Shown: one piece after another, positions 20,001 to 26,669 of the stretch
Position numbering within the stretch: position 1 is the first letter of the stretch
How the letters are laid out: every line of letters starts with the position of its first letter
Source: an uncultured bacterium
Lineage (GTDB): Bacteria; Oederibacteriota; PGYV01; CAWJRG01
Assembly (NCBI GenBank): GCA_963845185.1
Contig: CAWJRG010000009.1
Location: 896,001 to 960,000 of the forward strand
Reading direction: 5' to 3'
DNA length: 64,000 nt
Program-made: the position numbers and the translations under genes
The notes under the pieces: model-generated
What the model was told of the DNA's origin: nothing
Seen by the model: the letters and a program-made list of their open reading frames with translations, nothing else
Databases searched by the model: none

Positions 20001-20332
20001 TAAGTGGCGCCTGGAGTGCCCGCGCAGTTTGTGACAGGCGGGTTCGGCGGGCACATATATGAATCACTGCTGTCAGGTCCATAATCAGTCCCCGCGTTTG
20101 ACGCGTTGTTTTCCCAGTTATATCCTGTCAGCCTGTTCCCGCCCATACGCATGCAGGTAAAATCAGAGCTGTCGCCGAAACTGTCGTCATTCGTGCCGTA
20201 GATATACGGGCTTATCGGCGCCAGTCCCTGTGTTGTATTGATTGAAATGTTCGCTGAAAAAAGGCATATAGGCAGGATAAATAAAAAAAGGGCAAATTGA
20301 ATACGTTTAAATGATGTTTTCAAGCTTATCAC
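17033..20332 (-). CDS. GH44 endoglucanase/xyloglucanase with CBM-like domain, long Thr-rich linker and C-terminal PNP domain
   Basis: PISPYIYGTN, RMGGNRLTGYNWENNASNAG, YDLDNEPGIW, FSEWNFG; GTG start; VWPNP...DGTYYY C-terminus. Confidence 0.88.
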   Translation of the reverse strand: MISLKTSFKRIQFALFLFILPICLFSANISINTTQGLAPISPYIYGTNDDSFGDSSDFTCMRMGGNRLTGYNWENNASNAGTDYGPDSSDSYMCPPNPPVTNCAGTPGATYQYFVSTNNSKGYASLVTIPMAGYVAADMNGDVTAAQTAPSSRWHPIYYTKGSPFTYPPNTTDDAVYMDESVWYLVQTFGNASTSTGVKFYDLDNEPGIWNGTHPYLHPNHVTCNEYVNDSIALGGAIKNVDPYCMIFGGVFFGWSDYINLNGAPDWTTALNTNYIWFVSYYLYMMNQSYQATGKKPIDVLDFHYYSEATDGTCRVTDNGCSTYLTAANDVARMNATRTLWETGYAENSWINPYFLQYTPLIPLIQQSINQYFPGTKISFSEWNFGAGREFSGGLTDTDFLGICGKYGVYLATLWPVDEGGYSAAAFKMYRNYDGAKSTFGNTNIQADSDTSTISVYASINGSDLSTIHMIIVNKYNTAQPANITITSSQTYTTMQVYGFDQTSYTITARSTVAINNNYFSYNMPAYSAMHFIIKSNTTPTNTPVVSITQTTTFTLTKTITPPWTQTPTYTRSATYTITPTFTVTPALVATIIYDGDTAGATLSDGTVNNTAPGTMTQVTGGDLGNMMLLTYTNVAGYWQQLWWTLNNPKNIGTNLYLTFNMKEDASSPNPVGQMYLTADTNWAINVDPAAYIVGGGTLSTTTWSTVRIPLSAVIDAGQTQITFLAFTASVASTDNFTVDIDNIRLEGYPGTPTNTPVYSRTLTQTFTVTRTTTLTNTVAMTLTNTPKNTMTLTTTETSTLTTTGTSTTTRTNTPTYTITTTLTNTPSSTPTNTMTATPTETEIVSPTPTITGTPPTETDTPTITMTTTLTETYTFTCTLTITPSYTITMTYTVVILSVTYTPTYTMTPTDTATPTYTGTYTYTFTPTYKYSVTLTYTNTLTPTYSNTVTLTYTITKTPTTSLTITRTYTITLTYTATPNVSPTFSMTCPCIIPTITPGITVINVWPNPYNPNLGNLSIGYTIAQDTDEVDIRIYTIAFRLIKVIIVSGSDSASSDEKTETVDKANFSNLADGTYYYILTAKQAGKQVKSKTGVIIILK

Positions 20333-20536
20333 CTAATCCGGATAGAATATCTTTAACATTAATCGTTAAATCAATAATATCATAGAATATTTCAGAAAGC
20401 AAGGTTTCTTCAGGTTGCCGAAAAGGTGCTTGATGATGTTTATTTTGTAAAGCTACGCTGCAACAAAATCCACGGGACTGCATGCCGTAAGTTTTTGTTC
20501 CACAAAAACAACGGTCTGCAGTATTACAGCACTCAA

Positions 20537-21175
20537 GTACCCGCTCAAGTCCGAGCTCTATCCTGACAAGCGGTACTTGATATTCGTTTACTTTGCCAAG
20601 CCGTCAACAGGTGCAGGCAAAGTATTACGAAATCATGTACCCGCTCAAGTCCAGGTTCTTTTTGGACAAGCGGTACTTGATATTCGTTTACTTTGCCAAG
20701 CCGTCAACAGGTGCAGGCAAAGTATTACGAAATCATGTACCCGCTCAAGTCCGAGCTCTATCCTGACAAGCGGTACTTGATATTCGTTTACTTTGCCAAG
20801 CCGTCAACAGGTGCAGGCAAAGTATTACGAAATCATGTACCCGCTCAAGTCCAGGTTCTTTTTGGACAAGCGGTACTTGATATTCGTTTACTTTGCCAAG
20901 CCGTCAACAGGTGCAGGCAAAGTATTACGAAATCATGTACCCGCTCAAGTCCAGGTTCTTTTTGGACAAGCGGTACTTGATATTCGTTTACTTTGCCAAG
21001 CCGTCAACAGGCGAAGGCAAAGTATTACGAAATCATGTACCCGCTCAAGTCCAGGTTCTTTTTGGACAAGCGGTACTTGATATTCGTTTACTTTGCCAAG
21101 CCGTCAACAGGCGAAGGCAAAGTATTACGAAATCATGTACCCGCTCAAGTCCAGGTTCTTTTTGGACAAGCGGTA
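20537..21175 (+). repeat. Tandem array of an exactly 100-bp two-hairpin unit (6.4 units)
   Basis: Units start at 20581, 20681, 20781, 20881, 20981, 21081, preceded by a partial unit; they differ only in two loop segments. Confidence 0.97.
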
Positions 21176-21630
21176 TTGCTTATTATCACATAAAATGCTT
21201 TTTAATAAAATGCCAGCCTTTTGTTAATATGTACTTCCCTGCCTTTGCGGCTGCCGTATTCGGCTCCTGTCCGGCTATGCCGCTGATCTCGGTATGTAAA
21301 GTTTCTAGTTTCTGGTCTCTTGTTTCTGGTTGTTCTTTTTCTAGAACCTTGAAACTAGAAACCAGAGACTTCTTCTTTTCTCCCACTTCGCACGTCGCAC
21401 CCAGCACGTTACACATTCTTTCAAACATCCCCGGCAAATCCGCCAGATACGGGTTCCCACTAGCCTGAGCCCAGCCAAAGGCCGCCTGTCCTGAGCCTCC
21501 ATCGCCCTGAGCTTGCCGAAGGGCCCATATGACTCCCGCCACCCCCAAAGCCGCCATAGCCGCCACGGGCTCGCCTGGTATTATAATATGAAACCCGCCC
21601 TTGAGCGACCTTTTTGCTATATATCGCCCA

Positions 21631-22020
21631 AATTGTGGATAATATGGGATTCCCGTAAATTGCCCCCTTACAGGCCCTCCCAATCCATGGTTTTTATGAG
21701 CTGCTCATAAATCTTCACCCCTAACCGCCGGATTTCTTACTTTTGGTAAGAATCGCCTCCTACAACGATTTCAACTAATAATTACAGGGATTTTTTTAAA
21801 TTACTGTCCAAATTCCGACATATCGCTACCCCGTTTACCAGATAACTAGACTTAAAAAATGTGGATAATACGGGATTCCCGTAAATTGCCTGCCTGCCCC
21901 TGGGCTTTTCCGGTCTTTACCAACCCTCCGACCCTCTAACCCTCCAGCCTTCCGCTTTTCCAGCCTCCCATGCCGCCTCCCAAAATGTGGATAAATTTGC
22001 TTCGCCAAGAATTGCCCCCA
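21631..22020. repeat. Three direct repeats each starting with a perfect DnaA-box 9-mer
   Basis: TGTGGATAA at 21634, 21860, 21986; the first two continue TAYGGGATTCCCGTAAATTGCC. Confidence 0.75.
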
Positions 22021-22104
22021 GACCCCTGCCTTTAGCTTTAACTAACCCTCTAACCCTCTGCTCTTCTGACCTCCTGCTGTTTCATTTTGAAACATACTTT
22101 AAAA

Positions 22105-22326
22105 TCATTCCCCTTGAACTATATTGCCATCAGAGTCTTGGAAGCTATCCATGCCTATCGAGATGAGATCAAACACTGTCCCAATCCCGCAGAGCCCGCC
22201 GGTAGCAAGCCACAGCAAGCCCGTCCATACCTTGCCAACATAAAACCTGTGTATGCCTCCCAGCCCCACAAACCCAAGGCAGCAGAGTAATATAACCATA
22301 AATTTTGGTTTAGATGATATAGCCAT
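22105..22326 (-). CDS. TM2-domain small membrane protein
   Basis: LGFVGLGGIHRFYVGK..TGLLWLATGGLCGIGTVFDLI; AGGAGG RBS. Confidence 0.9.
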   Translation of the reverse strand: MAISSKPKFMVILLCCLGFVGLGGIHRFYVGKVWTGLLWLATGGLCGIGTVFDLISIGMDSFQDSDGNIVQGE

Positions 22327-22495
22327 ACATACCTCCTGATATATTTACTGAAGCACTCAGCACGTCGCACTTGGCACGCCGCACGTCTTTTCTGTTGAAC
22401 CTTGCTCTCCTCACCTTAAACATTGAGCTTTGAACCTTGAACTTTGCCTTTACCCCTTGAGCCTTGAACTTTGAACCTTGAACTTTGCCTTTATC

Positions 22496-22740
22496 TATTG
22501 GTTTTTCATGCCATAGAAATTTCTTAATACGCTCCATCCCTTGATATCGTTTGTTTTGCCAAGCCGAAGGCGCCGGCAAAACATTACGGGATCAAGCACC
22601 CGTTCCAGTGCTGGCCTTATCAGCACAAGTGGTGCCGTAGCGCTATCCATCCCCGCCTCTACCGGCGGGTTTTTGCGGAGCGGGAGTAATAATGTTATTA
22701 CGAATAATATCAGGGCTGCTAATGCAATAATCACATACAT
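22496..22740 (-). pseudogene. Interrupted copy of the 5' end of the helicase gene
   Basis: MYVIIALAALILFVITLLL matches helicase MFILIIAIAVLILFVITLLL; KKFLWHEKPI near 22500 matches KKFPRHEKPI; the two halves are separated by about 160 bp including a palindrome also seen at 11486. Confidence 0.65.
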
Positions 22741-22934
22741 CTTTCACTCCTTCATCCCTTTGCCATTTTGAAGCTAATTAAGCCGAAAACTCCACAACAA
22801 GCATAGTCCTGAGCTTGCCGAAGGGTAAGGTCTGTCCCCAGTCATTTTTATTATCACATGACGTGGATTGTTCGGGTTGAGACGAATTTTTGAGATTGCG
22901 ATTTTCATGCTAAAACCTCCCTTTAAATTTTCTA

Positions 22935-23450
22935 TTAATTTTTTATTATTATAATTTTTTCATCTTCAGCCGGAGGCTCAAAAGCCTTGATTGTCATATC
23001 CAGAAGATTCTTATCTATTATCGAGCGGCTTTTGCCGGATTTGTTTTCCTCCCACCTTTCATATATCTTCGGCACAGGGACTTCGACATAAATAACAGCC
23101 GCATCAGCGCCGGATTCTCCGGCTATCCTGCGCAAATCATCCCTGCTTTGCCGTGTATGGTTTGTGGAATCGTATAAAACATTCAATGAATCTTCCAGTG
23201 CCATTCTTGACCTGGCTGACGCTATGCCAAAAATGCTTGCCCATGCTTTTTCGTCAGGAATCTTGTTTGAACTCCAGTCAAATCCATGCGCCTTAAAAAT
23301 CTCATCAATACTTACATACGCGCATTTGGTGCTTTTGAGAATCTTTTCGGCAATATATGTTTTGCCCGAATACGGCATCCCGCACAAAATAAAAAGCGTC
23401 TTTTGCCTGCTGTTTATTTCCCGTATGAGATTTTCAAGTGATTCATCCAT
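22935..23450 (-). CDS. P-loop kinase/ATPase (AAA_33-like)
   Basis: ILCGMPYSGKT, YVSIDEI, VLYDSTNHTRQSR. Confidence 0.85.
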   Translation of the reverse strand: MDESLENLIREINSRQKTLFILCGMPYSGKTYIAEKILKSTKCAYVSIDEIFKAHGFDWSSNKIPDEKAWASIFGIASARSRMALEDSLNVLYDSTNHTRQSRDDLRRIAGESGADAAVIYVEVPVPKIYERWEENKSGKSRSIIDKNLLDMTIKAFEPPAEDEKIIIIKN

Positions 23451-23463
23451 ATAATTTTCACCT

Positions 23464-24138
23464 TCACATTTTATTCAACAATCTTATCATTTCTTTAAAA
23501 TCAGGCAATATATGTTTTGCGCCGGCTTTTAAAAGGGCTTTCTTTTCCTTGCCGGAAGCAATTCCGATAAATTCCCATCCAAGGGCATCCGCAGCTTTTA
23601 CATCCCATATCCAGTCTCCCACATAAACAATCTTTTTAAACTTTTTTACCCGGGATTTTTTCATGGACTTATGAAGGGCAGACTTCATGATTATCCCGCG
23701 CATAAGCCCATCCTCGGCTGTAGCCAGCGGCATATTCCGGCAGTCAAGCCCGGCGCTTCTCAGCTTGTACTGCCCCGAAACACGCCAGTTTCCTGTTGCT
23801 ATAGCTGTGAACCAGTCAGGAGTATTTGATAACTTCTTCAGGCATTCTTTTGCGCCAATCATGCTTTCAAAAGGCTCTCTCCCGTATTCCCTGTCAAGCC
23901 ATAAAGCCATGCTCTTTTTAAACTCAGTTATATCCACGGGCATACATGAACGTCCCAGGTTTTTTTCAATGATTTCATTGAGTATGCCGGAATCCGTAGA
24001 GCTGTGGTATTCCGACCAGTTGTCCTTGATTGTTATCCCAAAAACATCTTTAATGGCATTTACATAAGCCCGGTCATTCATCTTCCTGTGGTATTTGATT
24101 AATGTCCCATCAATATCAAAAACAACAAGATTCATCAT
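23464..24138 (-). CDS. HAD-family hydrolase/phosphatase
   Basis: FDIDGTL, IATGN, YVGDWIWDVKAA. Confidence 0.9.
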   Translation of the reverse strand: MMNLVVFDIDGTLIKYHRKMNDRAYVNAIKDVFGITIKDNWSEYHSSTDSGILNEIIEKNLGRSCMPVDITEFKKSMALWLDREYGREPFESMIGAKECLKKLSNTPDWFTAIATGNWRVSGQYKLRSAGLDCRNMPLATAEDGLMRGIIMKSALHKSMKKSRVKKFKKIVYVGDWIWDVKAADALGWEFIGIASGKEKKALLKAGAKHILPDFKEMIRLLNKM

Positions 24139-24395
24139 TTACTCCCTTTTTCATTGAAAATTGTTTTACAGCCGTCTTCATTGTAATACCCCCTTTATTT
24201 AGTTTTTAATGCCAAATTCCAAATCCTAAATTGTCTGAGATTTTCCTCGGATTATGAGGATTCGGCATGATTTTTGAAATTGCAATGTTCATTGTAGTGC
24301 CCCCTTTGTATGATTTTTTTTATTGAGCTTTAACTTATTTTATTTCTCAAATTGCTGGTTGTCAATTGAAAATTGCTTTAAATACGTTTTCATGA

Positions 24396-26468
24396 TTACC
24401 CCATCCCCATTTCAGTTATCATTTCCCTTGGCAGGTATTTTTCGTTTGTGAATTCCGACTGTTTCCCGCTCATCGTGGCCACATACACATGCCTGCGCGC
24501 GCGCGTGACAGCGACATAAAACAGCCTTGTTTCCTCCTCTTCCAGGTTAAATTTGTTCCCCCTGCATAGCCTCAACACCCCATCCCTTATCTTTTGATGG
24601 TGGTCCTCGGCAGGAAAGCAATATTTACAATCGTTGTTTTTTACACAGTCCAGTATCAGCACATTGTCGCTTTCCAACCCTTTTGATCTGTGTATGGTCA
24701 AAAACTCGTATTTCCTGTCAGGGTATTCTTCCGTCAGTATATCCCGGTACGGCTCAAGAATAAAATTATACCGCGCGAGTATTTTCAGCGATTCTTTTTT
24801 CGGCACTTTTGACATTATATAGTCTACCAGCATTTCCTTCTGTCCGTCCCGGTCTGCCAGCGTTATCAGCGTCAGGGTTTTATCTTCGGCTTTTTGCCCG
24901 GGAAGGTATTTACCTTCCACCTTTTTAAAAAGCTGTACCCTGTTGTTTTTAATTATAGCGTTCGATATGTCTACAATCCTGGGATGGCAGCGGTAATTGT
25001 ACTGCAGTTTTACAAGCGACGCCTGGGGGAAATAGCTTTCAAACCTGACCATAAAAAGCGGGTCGCTGCCGGCAAATGAATATATGCTCTGGTAATCGTC
25101 GCCTATGGCAAAAAGCGACTGCCTCTCCCCGGTAAGGAGCCTGATAAATTTCCTCGCCAGCGGCTGGAGGTCCTGGACCTCGTCAACAAATATATGCTCA
25201 TATTCGCCTCGCAGTTTTTCAAGCAGGTCCTTGTCGTTTTCCATGGCATCCACCGCGTATTTCAGGACATGCGTAAAGGTCGCTTTCCCTTTCTGCTCAA
25301 GCCGTATTTCCAGTTCATCGGTTATAGGCACTGCAAATTTCAGGATATGTCTCATGAAAGGGTCCGCTTTCGGCAGCAGGGCTCTCAGTGTTGTCCCGTA
25401 TCCTATGACGATGTTCAATATGTCGAGTATCAGCTGCACAAGCTGCTCTTCAAGCGTATTCAGGATGTTGTGCAGTTTGGCCTCATTCGGGCCGTTTCTT
25501 CCGGTCAGGCCTTTTCTGTTGAGTTTCCATACCAGGTAATCGTCAGGCGGCGTATTTGCGCTTCCGTTTGATTCATATAAGTCTATCAGGTAAAAGCCGT
25601 ATTTCCTGAACTGCTCCTGCTTCCACTCCATTTGTTTTTTATACCTGTCCCTGATAAATGGATTTGGATGGTTCGCGAGCCCCCAGTACTCCGCGTAAGC
25701 GTCGTATTTGGGAAAGTAAAAATCCGGCTCAAAATACCTGTCCGCCCATGTCACAAAAGGCTCGTATACAAAATCAATTTTTTCCGACAGCAGCCTCTCG
25801 ACTATCCACCTCTCGGCATGGGAGCGCACCTTGAGCCCGTTTGAGCAGGCAATACCGGCTTTATGCTCTTCCAGTTTTTTGTTTTTTGATTTAAGCGAGG
25901 ACAAATCCGCGTTCCCGAAAAGGTCGACAACTGCCGCCTCATATCCGGCGCCGTGCTTTTTCCTGTATTCTTCCAGCCCTTCCTTGACAAAGTTTTCCAG
26001 TTTTTTATCGTCTTCAAAAATATCCAGGCGCCCCCTGTGTTTTTCCGCTGTTTCCAGGGCTATGGAGTGTATAGTGCGGATATTGGGTTTCAGCGACTCC
26101 GGAACGCGCCCCGTGGCTTTCCCGACCCTCTCCCGCACTTCTTCAGCCGCGTTTTTATTGAATGCCATTACCATCATCTTTGATATCGGTATGCCCATAT
26201 ATTTCGAAAACAGGATTATTCTTTTGGTCAGCACGCTTGTTTTTCCCGCCCCTGCCCCGGCAATCACAAGCGTCTCCTTATATGGCGATGTAAGCGCCAT
26301 TTGCTGCAAATTGTCAATCCTGCCGTCCGCCCAAAGCTCCCTTGCCGCGATGGGAAAACTTGCAAATTGCGGCATTATTGGTTTTTCATGCCGTGGAAAT
26401 TTTTTGAATAATAATAATGTTATTACAAATAATATCAGGACCGCTATTGCAATAATAAGAATAAACAT
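24396..26468 (-). CDS. UvrD/helicase IV-like SF1 helicase with inserted PD-(D/E)xK-like domain and N-terminal hydrophobic helix
   Basis: AGAGAGKT, VDEVQD, IGDDYQSIYSF, NYRC, TIHRSKGLE, EETRLFYVAVTRAR; insert VRSHAE..YEP..PDFY..YAEYWG. Confidence 0.88.
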   Translation of the reverse strand: MFILIIAIAVLILFVITLLLFKKFPRHEKPIMPQFASFPIAARELWADGRIDNLQQMALTSPYKETLVIAGAGAGKTSVLTKRIILFSKYMGIPISKMMVMAFNKNAAEEVRERVGKATGRVPESLKPNIRTIHSIALETAEKHRGRLDIFEDDKKLENFVKEGLEEYRKKHGAGYEAAVVDLFGNADLSSLKSKNKKLEEHKAGIACSNGLKVRSHAERWIVERLLSEKIDFVYEPFVTWADRYFEPDFYFPKYDAYAEYWGLANHPNPFIRDRYKKQMEWKQEQFRKYGFYLIDLYESNGSANTPPDDYLVWKLNRKGLTGRNGPNEAKLHNILNTLEEQLVQLILDILNIVIGYGTTLRALLPKADPFMRHILKFAVPITDELEIRLEQKGKATFTHVLKYAVDAMENDKDLLEKLRGEYEHIFVDEVQDLQPLARKFIRLLTGERQSLFAIGDDYQSIYSFAGSDPLFMVRFESYFPQASLVKLQYNYRCHPRIVDISNAIIKNNRVQLFKKVEGKYLPGQKAEDKTLTLITLADRDGQKEMLVDYIMSKVPKKESLKILARYNFILEPYRDILTEEYPDRKYEFLTIHRSKGLESDNVLILDCVKNNDCKYCFPAEDHHQKIRDGVLRLCRGNKFNLEEEETRLFYVAVTRARRHVYVATMSGKQSEFTNEKYLPREMITEMGMG

Positions 26469-26529
26469 AGGGTTATAGGTTACTCAAATTTTTGGCCTGA
26501 TTTTGAAAATTGCGATGTTCATTTCACCC

Positions 26530-26626
26530 CTTGATGATGTTTATTTTGTAAAGCTACGCTGCAACAAAATATTACAGCATTCAAGTACCCGTTCAAGTCC
26601 AAGGCTATAGCCGAGGACAAGCGGTA
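26530..26626 (+). repeat. Dispersed variant of the two-hairpin element; first 41 bp identical to 20429-20469
   Basis: CTTGATGATGTTTATTTTGTAAAGCTACGCTGCAACAAAAT, then GTACCCGTTCAAGTCC...GGACAAGCGGTA. Confidence 0.9.
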
Positions 26627-26669
26627 TTGAAAATCGATAATTGGCAGCATAATATATTTTTTTATGTAA

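Noticed and set aside
20581..20680. Known riboswitch, ribozyme or integron attC
   Set aside because: GGCAAA..GAAA superficially recalls c-di-GMP-I, but the rest of that consensus is missing. No hammerhead or T-box core, no RYYYAAC/GTTRRRY ends and no integrase. An Rfam search is still needed.
20537..21175. CRISPR array or TIGR-type guide array
   Set aside because: The constant part is over 80 of 100 bp, the variable parts are 5 and 12 nt with only two alleles each, there are no unique spacers, and no cas or Nop-domain gene was recognised.
20577..21468. Repeated plus-strand ORFs (MPSRQQVQAKYYEIMYP...) as real genes
   Set aside because: They result from a 100-bp period cycling through frames; no RBS, and dispersed copies conserve pairing rather than codons.
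21186..21683. 165-aa minus-strand ORF as a protein
   Set aside because: It is a patchwork of repeat translations (LRQAQ from CCTGAGCTTGCCGAAGG, heptamer-derived KLET/PETRDQ, the DnaA-box repeat).
21631..22020. Chromosomal oriC
   Set aside because: No dnaA, dnaN or gidA nearby, and gene orientation stays minus on both sides.
22310..22579. 89-aa ORF upstream of the TM2 gene
   Set aside because: Mostly heptamer stutter (KVQGSKFK, RRAKCDV) plus the helicase-like remnant.
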